NCBI GenBank assembly: GCA_020536535.1
Contig: JAHLWZ010000798.1
Span: 62,001-126,000 of the forward strand
DNA: 64,000 nt
Origin: Pelomyxa schiedti
Taxonomy: Eukaryota > Protista > Evosea
Direction: 5' to 3'
Positions 51,364 through 64,000 of this stretch are shown one piece after another. Within the stretch, counting starts at the first letter, position 1; each line of letters opens with the position of its first letter. The translations under genes were made by a program, and so were the position numbers. The notes below the pieces were generated by a model, which was not told the origin of the DNA, made no database searches, and saw only the letters and a list, made by a program, of their open reading frames with translations.

Positions 51364-54300
51364 TCAAAGAGTTCCGTGCAATGCCGAGACAATTTCTTCT
51401 GGACGTAAGGATGGAATCATTGCCAGGCAGGTCTGGAATGTTACAAAAATGTAGCCTGCTTCCCCTCGTAAGTCGTCATCAGAGAGGAAGTGTTCAATAA
51501 ATTTGCATTCTGAAGGAGTTGTTTGTCCACAAATGGCGGAACTAAAAGTGGAAGGACCTGCAAACGGGTGTTGCAAATTTGCCTTAATCAAAACGAACGC
51601 GAAAAGGGGCAGAAAGTCGTCAGCCGTTCTGTAAAACATTTATTGACTAGGAGGGAAATAGGGTGTTACGTACATTTCCACGGCATTGACTTTGCCCCAG
51701 AAAGTGTCAACACATGATTTTATTGCTCGTGCCACATCTATTGTCAAGAATAAGGATGACACGGATACTAGGAAGAGATACCAATGAGGCACTTCGTCTT
51801 GGCCCAGGGCGTTTTAGCATGGGAGAGCCTCTTTGCTTCTTTGTTGAAGAGTAAGAACCCAAAAAAACAAAAAAAAGTGTGCCTCTTACCTTCTATTGCT
51901 GTCCCATAAGGCATAAAATCACCAAATGGTTGCGCAGCTCCACGTTTGGGATTCTGTCAGATATAAATTAGAGTGAGATAAATTCAGGAATTGGGTACCT
52001 CATTTAACCAAAGTTGTTTCCGTACACCCATGTGTGCTGGTGATATCGTCAGGTACTTACTGGCATGGCTTCTATAGTTTTCATCGTCGACGGAAGACTT
52101 TTTTGAGTTTCACTTTCTTATTTGGGTTGTCTATTATCTCACATTTGTAGTGTAACCGTCCCAGAGTACAGAGAAGCAATGCTGAAATATAAGCTCAAGT
52201 ATTGCCCTATCGACCACCTCTTGAATTTTCAACAAAGGTCTGTAGAGTTTAACGACGTCATTTCCCAGGTTCACTTGGTTTTGTGATTTTCTTTCTTTCA
52301 GTGCACTAAATGCAGAAAAAGATAAATAATACTTGCATGCTCTTCCGCTATTCTCATAACTTCTTCAGCAGCACTGTCGGTGCCAATATCTGGCACAATA
52401 GATAGTTCTGAGCACACTTGCTGTAGTCCCCGTTTCAGAGTGGGGCCCAGTGGATGAGCCTTTAAACTATTTTCAAGTGAGAAGAGTCCTTGTGTTTTTC
52501 TACTACTTTAGAGTCATAGTTTTAACATAAAAGAAGTAGGGAACATGTAGAGAACTTAGCAACATCCCGAAAGTGGTAAACGAATGTATCAAGATCAAAA
52601 TCATCTTCTGTCATATTCCGCACACTTCTAAGCCAATTTTGGTACCATGTCACAACCTGAATAGAAGTTAAATTTGATTCCTAACTTTATGCATGGCTAT
52701 TTACTTCATCACCAGTGGTATTGAGAATTTCTCTATTCTTTCTTGTTGATTGTTCCCGCTCTACTTGGGGCTGTCGAACCTAATTCGGTTAGCGAAGAGT
52801 GACCTAGTAGAAAGCATACCCCAATCTCCTCCTGTGACCATTGAGTATGATATTCCTTGAACTTCAGGAAGGTATTCAATAAATTACTTGCTTGGGGTTG
52901 AACTGCAATTGTACCACCCACTGTAGGTCCGGATCCTATCGTTGAAAGTAATTTTTCAGAACCTTTTGGCTAGTAGGAAGACAAGTTAAATTTCCTCCTG
53001 AAGAAGAATATTTCTCACCAGTTCCCATGACGATGAGGACAAGTTGCCACTGGTAGAAGAGCCTCCTTGTATAGTTCGCCGATGTAACCGTATATTGTGT
53101 TGGAGTGGCCTGCCACAGAGCTGTGTTTTGTTTCAGAAAGGAAAGAAGAAAGACAAGTCACCCACTCTAGTAATCGAGCGTATCTTTGTGTTTGGTGACG
53201 TCCAAAGTGGAATTGATGGAAGGCTAGCAGATTGAGTTTGCTCATCGCCCAACCTTAGCTGGCTTACAGAGCCAACTGACGTAGACAACGGTGGAGTTGT
53301 CCCAGAAACAAAAGGTGGAGACGAGGAATAAACCAGAGAAGCCTCATCCACCACTGCGATCGGGATGGCAGAAGTTGCCGTAGAAGTCGCTATTGATGTC
53401 GACGTTGATTCCGATAAAGGAGACAAGCTCAAAGAACTGAGTGAAGGTGTAGGCATAGACTGTGTCCTCAAACAGTGAAGGTCCTGAGCACTCCTCGAGT
53501 GCAACAGGATTGAGGACGGGCCCCCTGCAGAAGCCCCAATGTTTCTTTGTGAAGGAGACCTAGACGCAGTCCACCTGCCACCGCCACCAGATACAGTAGC
53601 AGAATCACCACTTCGGCTGCGGGTCCTTATTCCAACACCACCATCGTTGACAACATTCCGGAAATTGCCTATTGCCCCCCCAACACTGCACAATGAACTT
53701 GTACTGGTAGTAGAAGCTGGGTTGTTATCAATTCCACCACTGGAACTCACACAATAGGAATTGCCGTCGAAACTGCAACTGCAATTTGGGCTCGAACTGA
53801 GGTTTGTGACGCACATCGCAGCCGAATTTGTACGAAATGTGGCATCAAGTACAGGCGACATCGGGGGCGGCGACGAAGACGGAGACGGCGTGGCGGTAGA
53901 CGACGAGGTGCACCCACAAGTGCGTTCTTGCGACTGATCAGATGCCACATAGGCTGACTTGGGCCTGTAAGTCGCCTGCGCCCACACTGACGAAGACTGA
54001 GGTGGCGACCTAGCCTGTGGCTGCGACTGAGACTGAGACAAGCACAAAGACAAAGACAAAGACATAGGTAGAGACTTAGACTGGGGCGCATTAGAGGGAG
54101 ATTTGGGCTGGATCATTTCTGGCGTGGGAATTGGTGCCTTGGTGGTGGGCGGTTGCGGTATGAAATTGTTGACGGTGGTCATTTGGTGGGGCCTGTAGAT
54201 TTCAACTGCTGCTGCCCACGACCTGTCTCTGCAAAGTGCCGCCCCTATCGCCCACGGAAACGGAAAGTACGGTCTTTTGGCCAACAGATTAAGTACAATT

Positions 54301-54513
54301 CGAAACAAACCTTACTTTTTTTGATCGCCGCTCGGTTTCACCGAAGTCGAATTGAAGAACAAAGTGATGTGGTGCAGGTGCTGGAACTTTTAGGAAAAAG
54401 AGTAACTTGAGTCACTTGTTTTTTTTAATGTTTTTTGAATTTTCTCTTGGGATGTCTTGCGGTTTTGTTCTGGCAAAATGGTGTCCGGAGGATAGGGGCC
54501 TTGCTTCCATCAT
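51364..54513 (-). CDS. VPS9-domain Rab5-family GEF with a long S/P-rich N-terminal region; start uncertain
   Basis: LSHAKTPWAKTKCL, TADDFLPLFAFVLIKAN, DDDLRGEAGYIFVTFQTCL. Confidence 0.85.
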
Positions 54514-54851
54514 GAAAGTGTTCATTCCGTTTGTGTTAATGCTGTTGTGTGCATTGGGTGACCCATTCCACCAGTTTTATAACACTTACATATAGTAAAA
54601 TCTATTATGATAATAGTAACAAAATGAAAACCCATACAAACCTCATTCCGCGGTGTCTAGTTTGAGGGGAAGTACAGAAAGGAGTAAGATTTCTAGTTAT
54701 TGGATTGTTTGTTACCTTTAACTAAAAATGTCATGGATGCTGTTAAAATCAGTTGTCGTTACGCCCTAAAAGAGCGGGAGGTTGATAAATACAATTTCGA
54801 AAAAGTTAAAAATGGGAGTAGTCCGATAAACCTTGGACTGCGCGGTCTGCT

Positions 54852-57800
54852 TCACCCATTGAAGTCTGTCTCGGCTGCCAACTTTCTGTTCAAACCGCTC
54901 ATATAGGAACCACAGAAGTCCTGAATGAGGTATCTCCTATTATTCAAGTGACACATTAGATAAAAGAAGAAATAAGAATTGTAGTGAATCCTTAAACCAA
55001 CCGTTACGGCATTGTAGAATAAGTGTTGGACTTCCAACAAATTATTACAGGCAAACTCGACTTTGATGGCACTGTGAAGAATTATCTTCAGCATTAAGAA
55101 TTTCGACATGCTTTATCCAACTCTGGGGGTCAGTTTTTCTGTACATCATCGAGAAGAAAGCAAACATTCTAGCCCTAGGTATATGTTTTCTGGATAACGC
55201 GTGGTCAATAACCCTGTTAATTGCAAGGATACGAAGCATGTGAGATAAAATTCCTTCAGAAAGGAGAGGACATGGTGAGAAAACGAGGACTGCAGTGAGA
55301 AGCAGCCATTGCTTTCAACATGATTTCATTACAACACTGGTATGCATTAAATTCAATGGGGCCCTCAATTTGCGTAAAACGTTGCGGATCAAGTGCATCC
55401 AGTAAAAGGCGAGTCACTACAATAGCGAAGGAATCTTCCTACGAGTGATTGAATGCCTACTAAGAGTGGATATTGGATTGTCAAGGTACCTTTACTGTAT
55501 AGGTGTTGATGAGGTCGGAGATGGTGGACTGCGTAATTGGCCCATTGATTGGTGTATCTACTGGCAAATGGATAGGCCTGGCTGTAGTATCGATGTACAG
55601 GTGATCCAATTCACAAATCAATTTCTCTGGGTGAGATACAGCAAGGATATTCAGGTAACTAAGGTAGCAGTTGGTGAGTAATCAATGCAATGCTTGTTGG
55701 CAATGTGAGGGATGGGAAAATGATGTAGGAGAAAAGGCACTCACTGAAACCATAGCAGGGCCTTGTCACTCAGGTCAACGAGGTTGTCTATGCATTTATG
55801 GAAGGTGTCACTAGATTTTTCTGGACATGTCAGCGTCACCAAGAACGCATAACAAAGCCAAGCCATTGGTTTATGTTTCAAAACTCCTGGGAAAAAGTTG
55901 TAAAAAATTGCGGGGGATAAATTTAGATACCATGATGTTTTGTATCTTTCCCAGCTGCAAGCCCCAGTAGATGTTCGAAGTTTGAGATCGCGGGTTGATC
56001 TTCAGTACCCCCCTGTATCACCAATTATGCTTGCTACAGAAGAAGCAAAATAGAGACCAAACGAGTGTATGTGGAAATAGCAGCCGTTAGAACGTCGAGA
56101 GCAATGTCTGCGATGCCATTTCTAACAAGGAAGGCGGCATAGTAAGCATGCAAGTCAAGTGACTCAGGATTCAGTTCTTGGGCCCGCTCCAGAAGACCCA
56201 TGCACGCTTCTATTCCTTTTTCATACTGCCAAACAAGGGGACAGGGTCAGAAATTAGAAAATGCAATGCTCTATCTACCTCTTCAATGGCTACATACAAC
56301 ATCCATATGTCCGGGCGGCGCCGTAGACGGTCATAACCAAGAAAAACTTGGCAAGTTCTGATAGCATTTTCCTTATTGCCGAGTAGAAATTCCAGGATAA
56401 CGTAGTTCATAAGGAGGTTGATATTCTGAAGTGACTCGACTCGAGAATAATCTCCCATAAACTCTATGAAGAGGGTCTCAAGTCGGGCAATTTTGGAAGG
56501 GTCTCCAGCTTTCAGCATTCTGGCAGCTATAGACTTCGACCAGTCAAAAAGTACATGTCGATGTGGCTTGTGAATGGCACTTGCTAGAAGACTTTCATGC
56601 GGGAGGTAGTCAAATGCAACTAAGTGAAGAAGGTGAAGCTGCAAAAGACTCACTACAAAAGGTGACATGTGATGGAAGGCTAGCACAGTACTATCCGAAA
56701 GACTCTTCTAATGCAATGTTATTACCATGTGTAAAAAAGACTTGTTGTACCTTAAGGTAATTGAAGGCCCCTGAGATCATCCCTTGTGTTACCAATGAAC
56801 GGCACTTTCTTAGAATTGTCCACGCTATAGTGTACCCAGTCGCTTCTTTCTGTCTAATTTCCACTGGGTCTGTTGGTTGCACCGGGGAGCCCTTTCTTGA
56901 CATGAGACTTTGCACTGCCGAGTCACAAGCTTGTTGCACAGAGCTTTCCGGCAGGGAATCTATATATCTAGTTTTCATGTAAGTAGATAAACTCTCAAGA
57001 AAGGGCACTAACTGTATCCAAAGCTCAGGAGAAGGGTTGTGCACAAGGATTTCAGGCACAACGAGTGTAAGGTATTCTGGAGTGCAAATGACTTTGAATA
57101 CATTCAACATGAATTTAGCCAACAAAATAGAGGATGGATTTGCTTTGATGGCACGCTCTAGAAGGTCACAAATTTTGAATCCAATTTCGCATCCAACATT
57201 AGGCCATTTTTTGAAAAACTGGATTTTGTTTTGACAATTGTGTTGAACAATTTAAAAATGAACTTTACCTTTAAGACATATTGAACCCACAACACCTCAT
57301 TGTGTGGGTTGTCAGCAACCTTAGTTTCATATTCTTTGATGAAATCAGGTGGTACCAATCTGTCCCCTTGAAGCACCACTTCAAAATACCTTGGAAACTT
57401 TTAGAGCACAAAAGCAGTACTGTCTCTATACCTGGGATGCCTTGTTTTTGTAGTTTCAGTTTCACTGCATTTGGTGTCTTGAGCTATGTTGTATTTTGGG
57501 ACTGTATTCAGGGGGAAGGCTGGTCTGATTCTAATGGGATGCCGGAGCCCTGTATCCATTTGGAGATGGTCCAGGCCTTCCCAACCAACTTCACTGTGAA
57601 ACCACTGCATAAAATGGTCTGCTTTTATTGGTGCAGCACTCTTGCGAGGTGTTCAGTGCAATGAACTTATAGAAAAGCACAAACCTTTGTATTCAAAAAC
57701 TGGGAGGCTTTGCCGTTACCCACCACAGGAAAATAGTCGGCTATATCTCTAACAATTTCTGCCTCTATACAAAAGTTCATAACATTAAGCTATGAAAGTT

Positions 57801-60304
57801 TCAAACCAGTCATTAAACTGTCTTTGAAGTGCTGGTATTCGCATGTTGGGTCCTTGCACACTCCATTCAACTCAAAGCCACACATTTTTCGATCAGGATC
57901 AATTTTGTTACTCACAGTGCAAGAATTACAGGACAGGGAAGTCAGATGCTTGAAGTTTGGGTTGCAACGGTATGACCGCAGTGAAACAAGAGGAGAACTG
58001 TACGGCTCTGGGAATATGTCGTTGGAGTGCTTTACTTCCATTGAGGTTTTGGCTTCAGTAATTTTCTCCAGAGATTCAGAAGAGGCAGAATTGTCTTCAG
58101 GGATACTTGAGGTGGGTGTGGACATTGTTGACTGTACCTCTTGATGGGTGTTATGCAACACACTATCAAAGAGAAATGGTGCCTCGGGTTCAGAAAAAGG
58201 AGAAAAGAACCTGATGAAATGATCAAAAGCTTTTCTTAGAGGAATAAGCTTACCTGTGAGATTGTTATTTCTTAACCCACCCCGCCCCCCCTTCAAATAC
58301 AATTCTTTCCCATGAGAGTAAAAAAATTACAAAATGATGGGTCACGCTGAAAGCAAGGGACAGCATCCTCTTCCATTTCAGAGGCACTGTCAGAAATCTC
58401 AGTTTTGATTGTTTTCAGAGGATGTATTTGTGAGGGACGCGAATCGTGCTGTATTTCACTGGCAAGAGGAATTGGCATGCCAACTGCTGTGGAAGACATC
58501 GCAAGTGCCTCAGCTTTATTGGGTGCAGTGCCTGAACTGTCTAAGGCTGCTGATAAGCAAGCAGATGCCAAAGAAATTATCTTGTTTGCAGAAGGTTTGG
58601 GGCAAGGTGCAATAATGCCTTGAATAGGCCCAAGGTTCAAAGGAGGAGGTGCCGTATATTGAGTCTGTGGCTCCACAAAATTTGTATCATTCAAATTCGA
58701 CTTAATTATCTCGTCATGCAATTCCCTACTCTTAATATTCAAGTCTTCCAGAAGGGAGGACTCTTCAGCCTCTTCCCTATTTTTTCAGCCTGTTAGACTA
58801 CAAAATAATTAATAGGTAATAAACTCACCTTAGTAAATGTTCTACCTTTTCCTCTGCTTTTCTTTTGATATCCTTTGTCATTTCACGTTCCATCTGTGCT
58901 GCTACCAGGCGAGTGTTGTACGCTGCTTTGGCATGCTGCTTTTCATATATTTCTGTTTGCATTTGTTGCGCATATGCAGTAGTTGCTGCTATTTGCTGCT
59001 TGATTACCTTTGCTGTGGAATGCTTTTTTTTCCCAAAAAAAAAAAAAGGTTGGAGAAATAAAAGAGTGAAAGAAAAATACCTTCCGTTCCATAGAATCTT
59101 TAATTTCCTTTCTCCCTTCCAACACCATTTCTTTTGTTAAAGGCTGAATTGTTTCACTGGGACACACTGCGCACAGAGGTGGAGGTAATCCTGGTGTTGC
59201 ACCAAAGTTAGCTTGCTTCTCTGGTGAGGCATCCTGAGTATAAGAGCTCTCTTGTGCAGAGTCTTTGGAGATTAGGAAATACAGAAATTTGAATATACAT
59301 AAATCTTTCTTTGGGATTGGAACGAGATGTTCTTTTTTAAAAAAAAAGAGCAGTTTCTACCTTTACTACTGGCAGTCATGATATTTGGTGCAACTGTGTC
59401 CTCGGGCATCAAAGTGAACACTAGCGATTTATCCAAGTGTGTGTTGGGCTGGAGGTTGCTTGTACCGTTTGGTGCCCGCGAAATGGGTTGTGCAGTTTTG
59501 GGTTTAGCAGACTTCAGCTGAGGCTGTTGCAACTTGTGTGTGCCCTGAGGCGATGTAGGCATGGGGTGTCTGGGCTGTGGGGCATTCACCAAAGCAGGGA
59601 AATGCCTCTGTCCAGTTGCCTGCTTGGGCGACGCAACCACTGCCTGCTGCTGCACCGCCGTCTGTTTGGTCATAATAGGTGCCGCTGCTGTTGATGTTGA
59701 CGCTGATGCCTGTAATTTCGTAGTTGCAGTTTGGCCCGTGGCTACCGGCAGCAGAGCAGGGGTTCGTGTGGGACTGGAAGGTGTGTTTATTGGCGCAACT
59801 GCGGCAGTGCCTGTTGCAGCACTGCACGCCGCCGGTGAGTTGTTGTTGTTGTTGCTGCTGTTGTGACTACCGCCGCTGGTAGCCTGTGGTGAACCGGGAG
59901 GCGATATAAATTGTGACTGTGATTGAGCCTGAATTTGAGACTGGGGTTGCGCCTGAGTTTGCTGCTGCGGCTGCGGCGTCACGGCAGTCGCGTTGGGGCA
60001 CCTCGGGGCGCACGTAGCGGGCCGCTTGGCAGGAGGTGACACAATGTCAGAGCGAGGCGGCGCTCGTTTCTGCTGTTGCTGTTGCTGCTGCTGCGGGTGG
60101 TGAGCCGGGGCCTGGGGCGTGGCGTGCTGCTGCTGCGGGTGGGCCTGGGCCTGTGGGTGCCCGTGGGCGAGGGGTGCCTGAGATTGCAACTGCATCTGCT
60201 GCGGCTGCCTCGGCCTCACCTGGGGCACCTGATCGCTCGCGCTCGGCTTCTGTATATGGTGCTGTGGCTGCGGCGGCGGCTGCGGTAGGACCAGGGGCTG
60301 CCGC

Positions 60305-60359
<55 letters not shown>

Positions 60360-60684
60360 CGCGGTACAGGGCGGCGGCGGCAGCGGATCTGGCGGCGGTG
60401 TAGTCCTCGTCCGAGATTTCGCCCTCCTCCCTCTCCTTCTCGAAGTGGGGCGCGGTGCCGGTGGGGCGCGCCGACGGCTGCGGGGAGCCGCCGCGCTGCG
60501 GCGGTTGCTGGTGCTGCGCGGTGGCGTCCGCCGTGGGGCTCCCGGGCCGCATGCCCATCATCGTGGTCCTCGCCCGCTGCCGCAGCACCTCGAGCGGGTC
60601 GTCGCTGTTGCCGCTGCTGGCGCAAGGGGGTGCCCCGCTGCCGGTGCCACCCTGCGGCGGAGCCTGTGGTTGTCGTGCTTGCAT
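54852..60684 (-). CDS. ZFC3H1: ZFC3H1/Red1-like zinc-finger protein (PAXT/MTREC nuclear exosome adaptor)
   Basis: zf-C3H1 signature SPLVSLRSYR...SNKIDPDRKMCGFELNGVCKDPTCEYQH; N-terminal EEGEISDED; Q/P/A-rich disordered region, coiled coil, then HAT/TPR-like repeats (NPHNEVLWVQY, RPDIWMLY). Confidence 0.82.
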
Positions 60685-60906
60685 GTCAGTGACGTTCTGT
60701 TGTGCTTTTTCCTCTTGTATCTTTTTTTTTGTTCCTCAGTCTGTTCTGGAGGCGAGATCTCAAGGGATCATCCCTCCCACGCAGCCTGGATTGTGGAGGA
60801 GTTGTTTTGGTTGACAGCAGGTAGAGGTGTGACATTCTCAACAATCGGGGAAAAAAAGAGATCTTTCGACTAAGGTACGTCTCACAGTGGTGTGTCCCGG
60901 TGACCC

Positions 60907-62745
60907 ATGTCTTCATCTACTTTGGAGACCAACAACAGCAGCAACAGTAGTAGTACGAGCGGTGTTGTTGTCGACGTTCCTTGGTGGTACTTTGATCCTC
61001 CTCCTTGGCTGATAGTCATTGTATTCGCTTTTTCGTATTTGCTTATTGCGTCGAGGCGTCTATGGTGCGGATCTCGGGCTTCCCTTTTATTTCACGCGAT
61101 AACTAGTTAATAACTGAGATCCTAGGATACTTCCCACCGGTAGACCGGCTGGGGCTCTCATTGGAGCCTCTTTGATGATCGGCATTCAAGCAGTGAGGCC
61201 CGAAAACGTCGGTGCCGCCATCAACATGCCCACGATGATGGCTCTGCTCGGGTTGATGATCGTGAGCTCCTATTTTGAGCGAGAGAAATTCTTTGATTTC
61301 TTGACTTCACTGTTCCTGAAGAATACCAAGTCACCATACGCAATTTTGCTGAGGGTTTGTCTGGCTTCTGCTGGATTGAGTGCTCTGTTTACAAACGGTG
61401 TGTGTTTAGTGTAGTAACTGCTTTTAGGAAAGAACACTATATTATATAAATTCATTTAATTAACAACTATTCCCTCACGTGGTAACTTTCCAGTTTGAAA
61501 GGCAGATACCACATGTGTTATGCTTACCCCCTTGGTCGTTAGTGTGTGTTTGCGGCAACAACTACCACTTCTGCCGTATCTTTTAGCACTAGCCACCTGT
61601 GCCAATGTGGGAAGTAGTGTGACCCCAATTGGCAACCCACAGAATATCATTATCGCTTCTTACTCACAGATTACTTTCTTGGATTTCTTGAAAGTATGTT
61701 TTTCACTCCTAACATAGTGTTAACCTTTGTCTAGTATCTAACAGCAGCCACTGTCAGCTCCCTGATACTAAATGTAGCCCTTCTGGGCAGTTTTTTGTTT
61801 TTCCACAGAAAACTCTACAAGAAAGACACTCATCTCCCTTTGGTTGAAGAAGGCAGTGTGGAGATGTCACCAACCCAAAAACCTGAGGAACCAAGTGTAA
61901 GTCCATCAGCAGCAACACCTGAGCCATTTAGTATGGCTAAAGAAACACCTCCCCTTGAGGGAACTCTGAAACAACCAAGTGATGATCTTCCTATTACTGT
62001 CGAGCCCTCCCCGCCTCAAATACAGCCGGGACCTGGCCCAACACGAAAAGCCATCTACCAATCACGTGCACTCAAGATTTTGATAGTATTTATTGTACTT
62101 GTGATCATGGCAGGCTTTTTGTCTGGTCTGGATCTTGGATGGACTTGCATAGCCGGGGCGAGTGCCTTGATTATAGGAGATGCAGTAATATTTCGACGTG
62201 ATGCATACGAAATACTCCCCAAAGTGGATTGGTTGCTGCTTCTCTTTTTTGCGGGCCTGTTTGTTATTATCCGGGGTGTTTTCAACAGTGGCTACCCACT
62301 TATGCTCTTCAATCTTGCTGCACCATACATGCAACTTGATACCGCCCTCAGCATTGCAATTTATTGCGCTTTTTTGCTTGCTGCTTCAAATGTGCTAAGT
62401 AATGTCCCGACGATATTGCTGTTATCTCCATTCCTGTCCCAGGTTCTTCTACCATTTGTTCTCAACCACTTCCACTCCTAACTGTACAAAGTTGACTTTG
62501 TCCACCCGAGCCTGGATGCTTGCTGCCTTTGTTTCTACTGTAGCAGGAAACTTGACATTGGTCAACAAATTTCACCTTTTTTTCTCTAATATCTTTGACA
62601 GGTCGGCTCTGTTGCCAACATAATTGTTGCAGAGCACAGCGAGCCACATTACCACCTCACTTTCTTCAAGTACCTCCCATTTGGTTTCCCCTCCACCCTC
62701 TTAGTGACTGCTTTGGGGGCAACTCTTGTGACTTTGGTCACTTGA
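60907..62745 (+). CDS. Lsi2-like silicon/arsenite efflux transporter (ArsB/NhaD/P-protein superfamily)
   Basis: LPTGRPAGALIGASLM, LLGLMIVSSYFER, RVCLASAGLSALFTNDTTCV, LALATCANVGSSVTPIGNPQN, ASNVLSNVP, STVAGNLTLVGSVANIIV. Confidence 0.9.
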
Positions 62746-62813
62746 CCAACAAAGAAATTCTTGGATTGTTTGATACTGGTTTTTTAAAATTCACACATAG
62801 AGCCAAACAGTTG

Positions 62814-64000
62814 CTAGGAAGAACTGTAGTAAGAGCTGGTATCGGACCTTACTGGAGGCCGCCTGCACAGGATAAGTGTGAGAACATTGGAAAAGAGAAA
62901 AGGGCAATTGGAAGAAAAACCTTTGTGGTGCTGTGGTTGTTGTGGAGTGGCGAGGCCAGGCAAAATGCTCTGGAGTCAAGTTAAATGCAGACTTCAGTTG
63001 CGCTTGCATGTAGGCTTCGAATTCGGGGTACTGGCTGATTTGGTCATCATAAAGGCGCTGGGCAAGTTAGGAATGAATGCGAAACACCGACAAGGAAGGG
63101 AACCTTCTCTAGCACCATCCTTTCGTAGGAGTCCTTCGCAGTTTGTTTAGCCCGGTTCAATTCGTGGCTTGCGACAGTATATTCGTTTGTTTGGCGACCG
63201 ACTTCTTCCTGCAGCCTCGCTAATTGCTCCTCTTGCTGTGCCACAGTACTTTCAGCCTCCCTTATTTCGTCTTGAATAGTTTTGTTGGCCTTCTCAAGGT
63301 CTTCAGTAGCTTTGTTAGTATCCCGCAGTTTTGCTTGAAGCTCTGCATAACGATTTTGGCGGGCCTCTGCTTCCCTCTTCTCTCTGTTGGAAATGGTGGA
63401 TAAGTTAAACTGCAGACAAGACATACGAAGCAATATCATTTTGGAGAGTTGTAATCCTCTTTTTCAAAATTTCAATAGCTTCCTCTGCTTTCTTTTTTTT
63501 GGCAGCTACGACAGTACATTCATTTGTGACACATTGAGTTTCGTGTTTCAGAGTGGCAATTTTTTCCTAAGCGAATGAGTGAATAAGACCCAGTTTGGGG
63601 AAGGGGGAACCTCTCGCTGTCGCTTTTGTACAAGAAGCTCATCTCTACGAGCTTTTAGGTCTGCAATTTCCCTTCTCAGCTGATCTTCTTTTTCCCTTCT
63701 CAGCTGTTCTTCCTTTTCCTTTCTCTCTCTTTCTTCCTTTTCCTTTCTATCTCTTTCTTCCTTTTCCTTTCTATCTCTTTCTTCCTTTTCCCTTTTTGCC
63801 CGTTTTTCGTTCTCCTCCCTCTGCAACTTTTCTTCCCTTTCCCTTCTCTCTCTTTCTTCTTTGTCCTTCAGCAACCTTTCTATTTCCTTTCTCTCTTTTT
63901 CCTCTTTCTCCCTTTGCCTTTCTTTCTCCGCCTCCCTCTGCAGCCTTTCACTTTCTTCCCTGTCCTTTCTCTCTTTTTCCGCTTTCGCCCTTTGCCTTGC
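62814..64000 (-). CDS. E/K/R-rich coiled-coil or single-alpha-helix protein; 5' end lies outside the window
   Basis: KEKEERDR-type repeats and heptad exons joined by GT-AG introns to the stop TAG at 62814. Confidence 0.75.
63700..63800 (-). repeat. 24-nt coding tandem repeat (KEKEERDR units)
   Basis: Plus-strand unit tctctttcttccttttcctttcta, about three near-identical copies. Confidence 0.85.

Noticed and set aside
55643-55650. Minus-strand ATATCCTT as another AT-AC intron start
   Set aside because: It lies within an open, sensible reading frame (YLNILAVSHPEK) and no intron is needed; this shows such 8-mers can occur by chance

Overview
This is eukaryotic nuclear DNA, not prokaryotic. It is a very gene-dense protist contig with about 24 protein-coding genes, many short (~40-100 nt) spliceosomal introns, and intergenic spacers often under 200 nt. 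Gene content and style suggest an amoebozoan, possibly an anaerobic archamoeba such as Pelomyxa (inference, not verified). Recognisable genes: ARPC1, a DSP-CBM20 phosphatase, PP2A scaffold A, mitochondrial-type Hsp70, a UBE3A/E6AP-like HECT ligase, Vps39/TGFBRAP1, XPB, a triple-p25alpha (TPPP-like) protein, an M28 peptidase, a kinase-ULD-coiled-coil protein, an LRR membrane protein, a SAM methyltransferase, a YkuE-like metallophosphoesterase, a divergent Sec23/24, a PACS-like protein, a VPS9 GEF, ZFC3H1/Red1 and an Lsi2-like transporter. Strongest unexpected signals: (1) a canonical U12-type AT-AC minor intron in the M28 peptidase; (2) an LRR gene built from 15 consecutive 69-nt phase-1/phase-1 exons, one repeat per exon; (3) a DSP followed by CBM20, the reverse of laforin; (4) three partial p25alpha repeats in one protein; (5) a kinase-ubiquitin-like-coiled-coil architecture recalling TBK1/IKK; (6) a PACS-like sorting protein outside animals. 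I saw no tRNA, rRNA, CRISPR or mobile element. All gene models were spliced by eye, so boundaries are approximate where stated.
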